NCBI GenBank assembly: GCA_965217585.1
Contig: OZ244561.1
Location: 2,912,001-2,976,000 of the forward strand
Reading direction: 5' to 3'
Origin: Candidatus Latescibacterota bacterium
GTDB taxonomy: Bacteria > Latescibacterota > UBA2968 > UBA8231
Length of the DNA: 64,000 bases
Below the pieces are notes generated by a model, which saw only the letters and a list, made by a program, of their open reading frames with translations, did no database searches and was not told the origin of the DNA. How positions within the stretch are numbered: position 1 is the first letter of the stretch; the number at the start of each line of letters is the position of its first letter. Positions 19,034 to 28,999 of this stretch are shown here, in pieces. The position numbers and the translations under genes are program-made.

Positions 19034-20322
19034 CGAGGGATTTCTTCGGCGTATATACTCTGGAGGTACGCGTTGGTCACTTGATGGGCCTCGGCGAGGG
19101 CTTCGGCCACACTCTCGCGGCCGGTGAGGGCTGCGTCGAGTTCGTCGAGCATCCGGCGGTAGAGGTCCTCCCACCACAGTTCTTGAGGGAAGAGCCGGAC
19201 ATTGTAGTCCATCGAGCGCACGAAGACCTCCTCCTCGTAGGGCGTTGACGCCCGCGGATAGGTACTGCGGGCCACCGAGCGTTGCGGCGGTAGGTCGCTG
19301 CCGAGCTTGGCCATCTTGGTCGTCGCCTCGGCTGAGACCATGTGCTTGAGCACGTCCCAGGCGACTTCTGGCTCGCGCGTGCCCTTCCAGATCGTAAAAC
19401 CGACGCTGGCGTAGCGCGTCTGTCGGCCGGCCGGTCCCTTGGGAAAGAGCGCCGTGTCCCACTCGAAGCGGTCCAAAAGCTGGAAGGTCGGCAGCATCCA
19501 CGGCCCCATGATGCCGATGGCGATCCGCCCGGCCTCAAACGTGAAGGTGCTCATGGCGTTGTCGCTGCGCACTCCAGGGCGAGGTGGGCTGACTTTGTGC
19601 TTAAAGTAGAGATCGACATAGAACTGCACTGCTTGGGCGACTCGCGGATCGTCGAGGTTGGAAACGTAACGCCCGTTTTCCAATCGCAGGAAGTCCCCGC
19701 CCATACTCCACACGTAGCTGGCGATGTCGTACGGGGTGCAGCCGTAGATGTCTGGCAGGCCGTCTTGGTCTTCGTCGATGGTCAGGGTTTTGGCCTTGGC
19801 TAGGAGATCGTCGAGCGTCCAGTCGTCGGTGGGATAGCTGACGCCGTAGCGGTCGAAGAGGTCCTTGTTGTAAAAGCAGGTAATGGTGCTGCCTTTGACC
19901 GGAATGCCGTAGAGCACGTCGTGGTAGGTGTACCCTTGCAGGCCCACCGGATAGTAATCGTCGGTGTCGATCTGGTCGCGCCGCACCAAGTCGTCGAGCG
20001 GCAAAAGCTGCCCGGTGCTAGCTACTTGGGACATCTGCCGCCAGTGCAATACGCAGATGTCGGGGGCGTGGCCGGCGTCCATGCCCGTCAGCAGCTTTTG
20101 CACGACGCTGCGGCTGGGCACTACCTCTAAACGCAGGCGAACTTCCGGGTGCTGCTGGCGGTATTCGGCGGCGACCCTGCGGTACAGCTCGGCCTCTTGC
20201 GGCGAGCCATATACCCACATGGTCAGCACCTCTTCGGCTGGGTACCAGTGGATGGAGAGGACGCCCCAGAGTGCCCCGGCAGCTAGTGCCGCGACGATCC
20301 CCAAGCGAACAAACGGCGGCAA
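19030..20322 (-). CDS. Carbohydrate ABC transporter substrate-binding protein
   Basis: APDI, LLPLDDL, LYGIP, FYNKDLFDRYGVSYP..DWT, FEAGRIA...GPW. Confidence 0.92.
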   Translation of the reverse strand: MPPFVRLGIVAALAAGALWGVLSIHWYPAEEVLTMWVYGSPQEAELYRRVAAEYRQQHPEVRLRLEVVPSRSVVQKLLTGMDAGHAPDICVLHWRQMSQVASTGQLLPLDDLVRRDQIDTDDYYPVGLQGYTYHDVLYGIPVKGSTITCFYNKDLFDRYGVSYPTDDWTLDDLLAKAKTLTIDEDQDGLPDIYGCTPYDIASYVWSMGGDFLRLENGRYVSNLDDPRVAQAVQFYVDLYFKHKVSPPRPGVRSDNAMSTFTFEAGRIAIGIMGPWMLPTFQLLDRFEWDTALFPKGPAGRQTRYASVGFTIWKGTREPEVAWDVLKHMVSAEATTKMAKLGSDLPPQRSVARSTYPRASTPYEEEVFVRSMDYNVRLFPQELWWEDLYRRMLDELDAALTGRESVAEALAEAHQVTNAYLQSIYAEEIPR

Positions 20323-20330
20323 GGCGCGGT

Positions 20331-21197
20331 CTAGCCGGTGGCGAATACTTTTTCTTGCAGCGGCTTTTGTAGCTCGTAGATGCCGCCACCGCTGCGCGAC
20401 CCGGCGGGCATGCGCGTGCGAGCGGTCATCGACACGAGGCGAAAATCGTAGGTGGGTTCGCCGCGCAGAATGTTGGCGTTAAAGGACTCCCAATTGCCCA
20501 CTCCGCCGAGAGGCCAGGCGTCCACGGCCGCGTACTGATACAGCAAGAGCCGCCGGGACATACCCGAGCGGTTGAGCGCCGAGCCGTGCAAGGTGCGGGC
20601 GTGGTGGATGGAAAGCGACCCGGCTTTCATCTCTAGGGGCACGGCCGACGTGAGGTTGATATGGTCGCGACCGGGGCTGATAGCCCCGATGAAGTAGCCA
20701 TCTTGATGGTGATCGAGGATCGGCCCCCGGTGAGAGTCGGGCACTACCATCATGCAGCCGTTTGCTCGCGTGGCGTCGTCCAGCGCAATCCCCACGGCGC
20801 ACAAATCGTCGTTGGTGTGCGGATAATGGGCAAAGTCTTGGTGCCATTCGACCGGGCTGCCGCCGTCGGCCGGCTTCATGTTGAGCTTGTTACCTTGGGC
20901 GCGAATGGCCGGGCCGATTAGAGGCGTCAACAGGTCTAGAATGCGGCTGTCGCGCATCAAGCCGTCGAAGAAGGGGTGATAACTCACCGGCGCGCTCAAG
21001 CGGCGCACCTTGGGGTTTTCGGGTGTGTGATCCGGCTCTAGATCGAAGTGCCCGCCCTGCTCGGAGACGTGCCGCGACTGCTCGACGAAGTCATCGACAA
21101 TCGCGTGTGCTTCCTCCAACTCGTCTGGGCGCAACACATCCGCGACGACCAGATAGCCATGTTCGCGATAGAAATCGACCTGTTCCTGGGTGAGCAT
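20331..21197 (-). CDS. Phytanoyl-CoA dioxygenase (PhyH) family Fe(II)/2OG enzyme
   Basis: FYREHGYLVV, WHQD, NGCMMVVPDSH, HHARTLHGS; AGGAGG RBS before 21197. Confidence 0.92.
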   Translation of the reverse strand: MLTQEQVDFYREHGYLVVADVLRPDELEEAHAIVDDFVEQSRHVSEQGGHFDLEPDHTPENPKVRRLSAPVSYHPFFDGLMRDSRILDLLTPLIGPAIRAQGNKLNMKPADGGSPVEWHQDFAHYPHTNDDLCAVGIALDDATRANGCMMVVPDSHRGPILDHHQDGYFIGAISPGRDHINLTSAVPLEMKAGSLSIHHARTLHGSALNRSGMSRRLLLYQYAAVDAWPLGGVGNWESFNANILRGEPTYDFRLVSMTARTRMPAGSRSGGGIYELQKPLQEKVFATG

Positions 21198-21215
21198 ATA
21201 GCCTCCTAAAAGTAT

Positions 21216-21250
21216 TCGGGCAGGCCCCGCACCTAGGCGAGACCTGCCCG
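21216..21250 (-). terminator. Intergenic stem-loop downstream of the WGRIK-tail gene
   Basis: CGGGCAGG ... CCTGCCCG inverted repeat; no clear U-tract. Confidence 0.35.
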
Positions 21251-21279
21251 GAATGGTACTGCGATTGAGATGAAACAGC

Positions 21280-22176
21280 CTAGAACTGGGACTTGATCCG
21301 GCCCCAGCTACTCGCCTCGACGGCCGTGTCCACAGCACCCCAGTCGATGCTGGGATCGGCCGGAGTTAGCAGCAAGTCTTGGGCAGCGTGGCAGCACGAA
21401 ATGGGATTGGTGCTCCACATGCCGATGCGGTTGTCGCCATCGCCATCGCCGCCATCGACGTCGTTGACCGTCAGGGTGATGTGAATGACCCCGCCCTCGG
21501 TCAGGTCGTGGATCTCAACCTGGTCCTCAGTGGCCTCAGCCGAGCGCGGCATCTTCTCGATCGGCAGGATGCGGAGCTCGTAGGTGTACGTGCTCTCACC
21601 GAACTCTTCGCCCTCGTGACTGGAGGCGATCTCGATCCACTGCGAGCCGCTGGTCAGCCACGGCAGGTTGTAGATCGGGCGATACCACTCAAAGGTCTCC
21701 TGGAAAACCGGGAAGGCGAACTTGTAGCTGAAGCCGGTCGCATCGTCGCCGGGATTCAGGTCGTCGCGGCCTTGGTGTGCAGCGTTGAGCTCGTACTCGA
21801 CGCTGTCATCCCAGAAGAATTTGCCTGGGTCTTGACGCTGAGTGATGTGAATGTCGTCGAAGACGCGGCTGGTGATGTACACGTTGTTAGTCCCGTCGTT
21901 CCAGCCGACGAGGTGGCGGATCTGCATCGAGCTGGCGTCCAGCCCGCCTTGCTCGACGTTCTCGCCGGCAAAACCGTGGATCGAATACAAGGACTCGCTG
22001 AAAATCCCGTACGAGTCGAGGGGCACAGGAGCCCACTCGCCAGCGTCGCCGTCGATGACGGGCACGTTGGCATCGGGAAAGTTCACGGCGACCAACAGCC
22101 CGCCAGGCGGCTCATGGGCTTGGGCGGCAACCACAAGGCCCAACGAGGCAAAAGCGGTGGTGAGGAACTTTTTCAT
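21280..22176 (-). CDS. Secreted acidic protein, CBM9/DOMON-like, with C-terminal TAVEASSWGRIKSQF tail
   Basis: Signal peptide (AAQA|H), PVIDGDAGEW, DSVEY, YELRI, VNDVD motifs; GGAGG RBS. Confidence 0.7.
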   Translation of the reverse strand: MKKFLTTAFASLGLVVAAQAHEPPGGLLVAVNFPDANVPVIDGDAGEWAPVPLDSYGIFSESLYSIHGFAGENVEQGGLDASSMQIRHLVGWNDGTNNVYITSRVFDDIHITQRQDPGKFFWDDSVEYELNAAHQGRDDLNPGDDATGFSYKFAFPVFQETFEWYRPIYNLPWLTSGSQWIEIASSHEGEEFGESTYTYELRILPIEKMPRSAEATEDQVEIHDLTEGGVIHITLTVNDVDGGDGDGDNRIGMWSTNPISCCHAAQDLLLTPADPSIDWGAVDTAVEASSWGRIKSQF

Positions 22177-22213
22177 GGTGAAGCTACCTCCACGAGATAG
22201 GGTTTAAAGAAGA

Positions 22214-22243
22214 GAGAAGGTGCGGCAACTTGGCCGCCTTCTC
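22214..22243 (-). terminator. Possible intrinsic terminator or stabilising hairpin
   Basis: GAGAAGG(T)GCGGC...GCCGCCTTCTC stem followed by TCTTCTTT on the minus strand. Confidence 0.35.
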
Positions 22244-22300
22244 GGTTCCGCAACGAGATAAAAATTCAATATAAACGTCCGCAAAAGCGTACGTCAAGGC

Positions 22301-24889
22301 TTAAATCCCCGCGTAAATGGCGATGAAGGATTGGGTTTCGGTGCGCGATGGGGCGTCCTTGAAATTCTTGCGCTCTAGCACCAGCCCAATCACGGTCTGT
22401 AGCTTGTAGCCTTGGTAGGCCGATTCGTTTTTGAACTGAATGCCCCAAGTCAGCGCCGTGAAGTCGTTGGCATCCAAGTCGAAATCGTCGAAGATCAGGT
22501 ACTCTAGGCCCGCTTGTAGCTTGGTGATCTCTAGGACATCGGTGCCCGCCAACAGCGAGAAGAGTTCGGCCAGGGTCGTCCGGCGCTCGTCCGTGAACAG
22601 GTCGCGGCTCTGTTTGATGAACTCGCTCTTCCAGCGCGGTTCTAAATAGAGGGGGCCGAGCGCATGGCGGTAGTGGGCTTTGTTGATCATCCCCAGGAAG
22701 AAATCCGTCTCGGCTAGGCTCCAGCGCTGCCGCCGCTCGGCGTCCATCAATTGGTGAAAGACTACCCAGTTGACCTTGCTTTGTAGGTTTAGCGAAAAGG
22801 CGCGCGCATTGTGGCCGAGGAAGAGCTGGTTGATCCAAGTGTCGCGGGCCAGCAGCGGATCGTCGATCTCAGTCAGCGTGCCGAGGCGCAGCGCGTTGTC
22901 GGGTGCCCACTGCAAGAGCGGGTCGGCGATGTCGTCCTCTACGTGCTTGGTCATGCCGAAGAGGCGCACATCACCGTAGCGCGCCCAGCTCCGGTCGAAC
23001 CGCAGGAGTGCGTACGCACTGTGGTTTTTCTGGTTGGAAGAGATGCGGCCCTCGCGCAGGAGGCCGGCGATGATCTTTAGCTGAGGTGCCAAATAGGTGC
23101 CGACGTACGCGTTGTAGCCTTGGTGGTCGCGCTTGTAGGGGTAATCCGGCTCTTGGTCGTTTTCGTATTGGTCGGTCCAGAAGTTGTTGTTCATGTCAAC
23201 GCCGAAGAGAAATTCGGGCCGATCTACCGCAAAGCGCAGGAAAGGCTCTTCGTAGTCCGGGATCGAGTTGGTGCGCACGCGGCTGTCGTTTTGGTTGATA
23301 TCGGGTACGAAGTCGTTGTTCTGATCCCAACCCGGAAAGACTTGGCGGTCGGGGAAGGCCCAGTCGGCGCGGAAGGTGTCTGGCACCCGGTCTTGGTCGT
23401 CGTTGTCTTCCACTAGATCCATGAGGCTGCGGTCGTTTTGGTAGTCGATGCTGCCGTCGTCTTGGGTGACGAAAGTTTGGGTGTTGTAGCGCGGGTGCAT
23501 ATGATAGGCTTCGCCGTAGATGAAGAAGCGAGACCACTGACGAGACAGATTGAGCATATAGGCTGGCGCGTTGCGCGCACCGACAATGCCGGATGAGGTC
23601 TGGTGTTCTTCGACGAGGATGTTGGGATATTTGCGGTAGTTCCAATTGATGTCGTACTCGCCGTACAGGTCAAAGCCCATCACATCGCTGGCCGCTACCG
23701 TACCGCCGAGGATGTGGGTCGCCGTCGGTAGCCCGGCCTCAAAGCTAATGACGCGCAAGTTAGACAAGTCCACGATGTTGCCCGGCGCTTGCGTCACCAG
23801 CAGAGACACGTCAGAGGTCATCCAGACCTGATAGTCGTTGGCCACTACCAGCCGGAATTCCACTTTGACGATCTCGGTTTTGTCGGCCGCGGCTCGGTTG
23901 ATGAAACTCGCGCTGTCGAAGTCGTAGCGCAGGCGGATTTCGTCGTTGCCGTTGGCCTCGATATAGCCCGGGCGGGGTGCGCCGCCCTCCACCACAGGTT
24001 CAAAGCGGATCTCGCGGCCCGAATCCACGCGGCCATCTCGATAGGTGATGAAGATGTCCGAGCCAGCTGGAAAGTACGCCGCGCCGCCCACGCCGTCGTC
24101 TGGCGAGTCGTCGCGCAGGGCGATTTCGATGCGGGAGATGGTGTGGTTCTGGCCTTGGGTCAGCGACCCGGTTACCCAATTGCTCAACAGAGCCTCTTCC
24201 GAGAGCGAATTGGCTTGATGCGCGTTGGCAGTGTGGATGCCGAGCTCGACGAAGTCGCCGATTTGCACCTCAAAGCGCCCCCCGATCAGAGTGGTGGAAT
24301 TGGTGCGGCGCAGCTCTTGATTGGTGATGCCGCGAGGGGCACTGGCCTGCGCGTAGAGAAACGTGCCCCGGTACTTGTCCATGGCAAAGTCGAACTGCAC
24401 GCCATCGAGGCGCGGTTTGGATAGCACCATGGGCGTCAGCGTGGTGCGGAGATCGCTGCTGATGGTCAGTGCGTAGGCGTATTGCCCTTTTCGCTCGGAG
24501 GCCACCGCGACCTCGGAAAACCAGTTGCGGAAGCGCTGGGCCTCAAACAATACGGTGCCGAATTCCTCGGGGTTGGCCTGAGATACGTTGTATATCAGCC
24601 AGCCCTGATTGAGGAAGTTGCCAAAGGTGTCGTAGAAGTAATCCCCTTCGATGTTGGGACTGACATACCGCTGGTAGGGCACGCGTGCGTAGTTGGTAGT
24701 GCTCCACTGCCGCCAGTGGTGTTCGGCGACCAGCTCTTGGGGCACGTACCAGCGGCGCACCGCCGGGTCCAGGGCCTCCGCGCCTGGGGAAGCCAGCGAT
24801 TGCAGCCCAATTTGAGCTGTGGCCGAGCCGCCGCTTACGGCCCACAAAAGTAGGGCGATCTTGCAGATGTGTTTCGCAGTTTCTGCCAT
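22301..24889 (-). CDS. Putative outer-membrane protein, 862 aa (paralog of 30943..33612)
   Basis: Signal peptide, acidic DNDDQDR/DQNND/DMNNN loops, amphipathic beta-strand-like C-terminus QSFIAIYAGI. Confidence 0.7.
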   Translation of the reverse strand: MAETAKHICKIALLLWAVSGGSATAQIGLQSLASPGAEALDPAVRRWYVPQELVAEHHWRQWSTTNYARVPYQRYVSPNIEGDYFYDTFGNFLNQGWLIYNVSQANPEEFGTVLFEAQRFRNWFSEVAVASERKGQYAYALTISSDLRTTLTPMVLSKPRLDGVQFDFAMDKYRGTFLYAQASAPRGITNQELRRTNSTTLIGGRFEVQIGDFVELGIHTANAHQANSLSEEALLSNWVTGSLTQGQNHTISRIEIALRDDSPDDGVGGAAYFPAGSDIFITYRDGRVDSGREIRFEPVVEGGAPRPGYIEANGNDEIRLRYDFDSASFINRAAADKTEIVKVEFRLVVANDYQVWMTSDVSLLVTQAPGNIVDLSNLRVISFEAGLPTATHILGGTVAASDVMGFDLYGEYDINWNYRKYPNILVEEHQTSSGIVGARNAPAYMLNLSRQWSRFFIYGEAYHMHPRYNTQTFVTQDDGSIDYQNDRSLMDLVEDNDDQDRVPDTFRADWAFPDRQVFPGWDQNNDFVPDINQNDSRVRTNSIPDYEEPFLRFAVDRPEFLFGVDMNNNFWTDQYENDQEPDYPYKRDHQGYNAYVGTYLAPQLKIIAGLLREGRISSNQKNHSAYALLRFDRSWARYGDVRLFGMTKHVEDDIADPLLQWAPDNALRLGTLTEIDDPLLARDTWINQLFLGHNARAFSLNLQSKVNWVVFHQLMDAERRQRWSLAETDFFLGMINKAHYRHALGPLYLEPRWKSEFIKQSRDLFTDERRTTLAELFSLLAGTDVLEITKLQAGLEYLIFDDFDLDANDFTALTWGIQFKNESAYQGYKLQTVIGLVLERKNFKDAPSRTETQSFIAIYAGI

Positions 24890-24897
24890 TTGCTCGC

Positions 24898-26919
24898 TCA
24901 GTAGGCCACAGCTACGGTACCCGCGGCTGCTGAGAGGCCCTTGTCAGTAGTTAGATCGACTTGGTAGAGGTACACGCCTGGGGCGACTAAGTCTCCCTCG
25001 GTGCGACGGCCGTCCCAAACCGCCGCAAAGCTGCCGCTGACGGCTGGCGTGGAGATCACCTCGCGCACTAGCCGGCCGGACAGGTCGAAAATTCGCAGAG
25101 CGATCTGGCGTGGTTCGCCGATGTTGCGCAGATCGTACGAAATCATGGTCTGATCGTTGATCCCGTCGCCATTGGGCGTCAGCGTCGCGGGATGCGCGGT
25201 GACTTTTCGCACGAGTTCGCCGCCGACGGGCGTGCGCACTGATAGGGCGTCGCCGGCAAAGCGGAAAGTCGCATTGCCAGGCCGGACTTGCTGCTTGAGC
25301 TCGGGCTCGGTGCTGTCGTACACCCAACCGGTGAATTCCGCGCCAAAGCGCAGCACCTTGGCGTCGAAGACGACCTCAATGCGGCGCTCGTTGTCGCGCG
25401 GCGCAACAAACGGCTCAAAGCTAATGACGATCCGGTCTTCCTCTAATTGGGGTGGGAAGTCGTCGATGATTTCCCGGCCATCGACCGCGACCGAATGGAC
25501 GGCTTCGGCCGGAACTTGGGTGAAGATCTCCAGCCGGTCGAAGCCCCGGTCGCCGTCTTCGAGTACGGGCCGCACTACATAGGTGAAGGTCTGCGGCTCG
25601 AAGTTCTCGGTCTCAACTGGCCAGATCTCGGCGATCACGTTTTGGGCCGCGGGATCTTCGGCAAACAGCAAGGACATCTCGTCGATGCGCGGCGCTTTGT
25701 TCCCGTCCGAAAACATGACCACTTCTAGCTGCAAGTACTGGCTAGGTCCGGGCGAGAGGAGGGGCGTTCCGTCTTCCCAGCCCACTGCCTCTGGGTTGCG
25801 CAGCCCGGCCGCAAAGTCGTAGGGCGTTGACCAAAAGCTCCAGTTGTCCACGTCGTAGGTCGCTTGGATCTGGCCAAACCGACCCACTTGGTAGGTCGTG
25901 GTGTACTCGTCTTTGGACACCCGCTCAAAGTTACCGGTGCTGCCGATTTTCCAGAACAGATTGGGCTGTGGTGTGGCGCCAGTGCGCGTGCGCAACACGA
26001 GCCGAGTGCCCTCGGGCACTTCGCCCTGCCAGCGGATCTTGCTCCAAGCCACCGGACGGCCAAAATCCAACACGCCCGTGCGATAGGAGGTCTTGGTGAC
26101 GAAGCCCTCGCCGTACACCTCCATTTCGGCGATCTCCCAGGTGCGCTCGGGGTTGACCGGGCGAATGCCGATCCAGCGCAAGTCGCGCGTGGGAAAGCGC
26201 AAGTCCACGACTTGGTCGAGGTTTTCAACGTTGCGCTTTAGGATGTCGAATTCCGGGTCGTTGGTCGAGGTGAGCGAGCGGCTGATGTCATGGTACCAGC
26301 GCTTGCCCGGTGCTTTCTCTTGGGGTGAGGATATAAAAGGCGCGGTGTTATCGGCTACGCCGATTTCGTACCAAGCCAAGTAGTTTTCCTCAAAGCCTGG
26401 TCGCGGATAGAAGCGGATGCGGTTGACTGGCATCTCGGCACCCAAGTTGAGGACCGTGTTTTTTACGTAGCCGATATTGAGGCCAGCTAGGCGCGGTGAG
26501 ATATCGACCGGACGCAAGGTCGCCGTTTCTGGGTCGCCGTCGATCATCACCTGTACTTCTTTGGCCGCCTCGCGGGTATAGCCGGTGGAGACACTCGTGA
26601 AGAGGTTGCCGCCGCGCGCGGTCAGGTTCACGTCTAGCGCGAGGTTGACCGACGGATCGACCCATATTGGCCGGATGGCGTTGTCGTCGTAGGCGATCAT
26701 GGTATCGACGCCTGCTTCCTCCGCGCCGATGGCGATGGGAAGCGTGCCCAAGACCTCGCCTTGGTCGTCAACGATGGAGTACTCGGTCTGCTCGTCGGTG
26801 ATCAGCCCCTGCCAAGAAGTACCCGTCGGGCCGCCGATGTGAAACTCGGCCCGACCCCACACTGCACTGGTGCACCAAGCCGCGAGTACTACGTTCAATA
26901 ACAGCATTCGCTTTAACAC
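24898..26919 (-). CDS. Secreted protein with TPNGDG/FlgD-Ig C-terminal domain, 673 aa
   Basis: Signal peptide, discoidin-like segment (LNLGAEMPVNRIRFYPR), RTRTG, WSFWS, TPNGDGIND, IFDLSGRLV, WDGR, PGVYLY, ends VAVAY. Confidence 0.8.
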   Translation of the reverse strand: MLKRMLLLNVVLAAWCTSAVWGRAEFHIGGPTGTSWQGLITDEQTEYSIVDDQGEVLGTLPIAIGAEEAGVDTMIAYDDNAIRPIWVDPSVNLALDVNLTARGGNLFTSVSTGYTREAAKEVQVMIDGDPETATLRPVDISPRLAGLNIGYVKNTVLNLGAEMPVNRIRFYPRPGFEENYLAWYEIGVADNTAPFISSPQEKAPGKRWYHDISRSLTSTNDPEFDILKRNVENLDQVVDLRFPTRDLRWIGIRPVNPERTWEIAEMEVYGEGFVTKTSYRTGVLDFGRPVAWSKIRWQGEVPEGTRLVLRTRTGATPQPNLFWKIGSTGNFERVSKDEYTTTYQVGRFGQIQATYDVDNWSFWSTPYDFAAGLRNPEAVGWEDGTPLLSPGPSQYLQLEVVMFSDGNKAPRIDEMSLLFAEDPAAQNVIAEIWPVETENFEPQTFTYVVRPVLEDGDRGFDRLEIFTQVPAEAVHSVAVDGREIIDDFPPQLEEDRIVISFEPFVAPRDNERRIEVVFDAKVLRFGAEFTGWVYDSTEPELKQQVRPGNATFRFAGDALSVRTPVGGELVRKVTAHPATLTPNGDGINDQTMISYDLRNIGEPRQIALRIFDLSGRLVREVISTPAVSGSFAAVWDGRRTEGDLVAPGVYLYQVDLTTDKGLSAAAGTVAVAY

Positions 26920-26932
26920 GGTCTTTTCTCCC

Positions 26933-28999
26933 TCAATAGGCTACGCCGACGGTGCGCGTACTGGCGCTAGCGCGCGCATCGCCTTCGATGTTGAGTTGAA
27001 TTAGATAGAGGCCAGGAGCCACGTTCTCACCCTGATCGTCGGTCCCGTCCCACCGCAGTTGGGTCAGGCTTTCCGAGCTGTACACGCCGCTCTGTCCTTT
27101 GATGTTAAAAAGGCGGCGCACCCGGCGGCCCCCTAGGTCGTATATATTGACCGCAATCTGCCCGCCATCGACCGCGAGGACCTCGCACTCCATATCTAAG
27201 ACGTCGTTGATTCCGTCGCCATTGGGCGTGATAACAGATGCGGCGAGGTCAAAGCTGCCCACTAGGCTGCCGCTGTTGACGGCCGGACTCAAGACGGTAG
27301 TGTCCGACTTAAACGAGATGTCGCCTTCGTCCAGCGCAGTGGCGTCTCCGGCTTGGACGCTCTGGAAGGCGTCTTCTTCCAACAGTAATCCCCGGCCCTC
27401 AAAGGCCGTGCTGTACGAGAGGATGCGGCTGACGAAGTGGATCTTCAACACGGTGTTGTGCGCTGCAACTCGCGGGAAGCGCACCGCAAAGCTGCGCTCT
27501 GAGATCGCGGTGATGGCCACGTCGCCCTCGTCGGCGACTGCGTCTTGTACCGCAAAGTTGTGTTCTAGGAGGAACTCACCTTGCGCGTCGATAATTTCAA
27601 TGCGCTCGATGCGATCTATGCGGCTGCCGGTGACTAGCTCAAAGCTGTCGAAGCCCTGCAGATCTCCGCTTTCCATCTCGGCGCGCACGGCATAGACGAA
27701 GGGAATGTCTGCGGCTGCGGGCACCTCGCGTGGAAAGATCTCGCCGACGAGAACATCGGCCAACGCCGGCGTTGTGAAGTCAAAGGAAAACTGCCGCAGG
27801 ATTTTGGCCGATTCTAGGTCGTCGGACTGAAAGTCAACCCGGAACTGGAAGTAGCGGCGCGGCCCAGGCGAGAGGACCAACGCGCCCTCGCTGCCGGTGC
27901 CGGCGACCGGATCGTAGGGCGAAGTCCATGGACTCCAATTGGCCAAGTCGTTGCGCACGGGACCGCGTTCCCACACATCGGCGGGGCCTCCTTTAGCTGG
28001 CAGGTCGAGGTACTCGTCGCGCAAGAGTGGCTGGTCGGGATTATCGACTGAGAAGGATATCTCCTCGGCGTCTTGACGCCCCACGCGCTTGCGCGTATAG
28101 GCGAAGGGCGACAAGTCTCTGCCGCTGCGAGTGCGGATGTGCATCTGTACGGCGCTTGCCTGCCCAACGGTCTCCTCCAGCCAGCGCAAGCGTCCCCAAT
28201 TGGCCGGGGTGCCCATGTCGATAATCGGCGAGATGTACTGCACGGTGGGGAAGAAGCCCTCGCCAAAGACTTGGAATTTCTCCACCTCAAAGGGGATGGA
28301 TGAGGTGGCGCGCAGGCGGATGAAGCGCAAAAAGCGCGGCGGGTTGATTTCGATGGTGGAGATCGGATCGGTGCTGTTGGTGCGCACCGCAAAGGTTTCC
28401 CATATCGGGTTGCCGGCCTCGGTCAACACTTGGCCGTCGTTGACCTGCACCTCGAAGTTTTTGAGGAAATCCTCCTGAAAGGGCGTCGATGGTGACGGGA
28501 AGACCGTATTGCGCGGGAAGAAGCGGACTTGGTTGACGCCAAAGCGCGCGCCCAAATCGAGCACGAGCAAGGTGCCCAACACGTCCCGTCCCTTGCGCTC
28601 GAAGGCCCCGCCAGAGGGGTCGGGCGATACGATCTGCGCGAGGATGTTTTGCAACTGGGACTCGGCGAGGTCGAAAACGGTTGGAGCGCGGATGCTGCCA
28701 CCGCGCTCGGCGATTTCAGTGGCGAGGTTTTGGCCCTCCTGTACTCGGCGGGGCAGGATGCTAGCGGGAAAATCCGCGCTGGCGAAATCGACGAGATTGA
28801 CCGGCGCGACGCCGATTTCGGTGATGTTGGGATCCAAAGTGGAGCGGTACTCCGGCTCGATGGTTTGCACCGCGCCTCCAGCTTCCACTTCTCCCTCCCA
28901 GCTAATCTGGCCGTCTTGGCCGATGAGCAATACTTGACGCCCCTGTGAATCGCTGCCGTGCAAAAGCACCAATGCACCTATGAGAAGCAAGCGCTTCAT
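26933..28999 (-). CDS. Secreted protein with TPNGDG/FlgD-Ig C-terminal domain, 688 aa
   Basis: Start MKRLLLIG at 28999; LDLGARFGVNQVRFFPR, RTRSG, WSPWT, TPNGDGIND, WDGTD, PGLYL, ends VGVAY. Confidence 0.8.
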   Translation of the reverse strand: MKRLLLIGALVLLHGSDSQGRQVLLIGQDGQISWEGEVEAGGAVQTIEPEYRSTLDPNITEIGVAPVNLVDFASADFPASILPRRVQEGQNLATEIAERGGSIRAPTVFDLAESQLQNILAQIVSPDPSGGAFERKGRDVLGTLLVLDLGARFGVNQVRFFPRNTVFPSPSTPFQEDFLKNFEVQVNDGQVLTEAGNPIWETFAVRTNSTDPISTIEINPPRFLRFIRLRATSSIPFEVEKFQVFGEGFFPTVQYISPIIDMGTPANWGRLRWLEETVGQASAVQMHIRTRSGRDLSPFAYTRKRVGRQDAEEISFSVDNPDQPLLRDEYLDLPAKGGPADVWERGPVRNDLANWSPWTSPYDPVAGTGSEGALVLSPGPRRYFQFRVDFQSDDLESAKILRQFSFDFTTPALADVLVGEIFPREVPAAADIPFVYAVRAEMESGDLQGFDSFELVTGSRIDRIERIEIIDAQGEFLLEHNFAVQDAVADEGDVAITAISERSFAVRFPRVAAHNTVLKIHFVSRILSYSTAFEGRGLLLEEDAFQSVQAGDATALDEGDISFKSDTTVLSPAVNSGSLVGSFDLAASVITPNGDGINDVLDMECEVLAVDGGQIAVNIYDLGGRRVRRLFNIKGQSGVYSSESLTQLRWDGTDDQGENVAPGLYLIQLNIEGDARASASTRTVGVAY

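Noticed and set aside
19034-19501. N-terminal extension of the 470-aa permease ORF
   Set aside because: Overlaps the SBP gene in another frame; the permease starts at 19033
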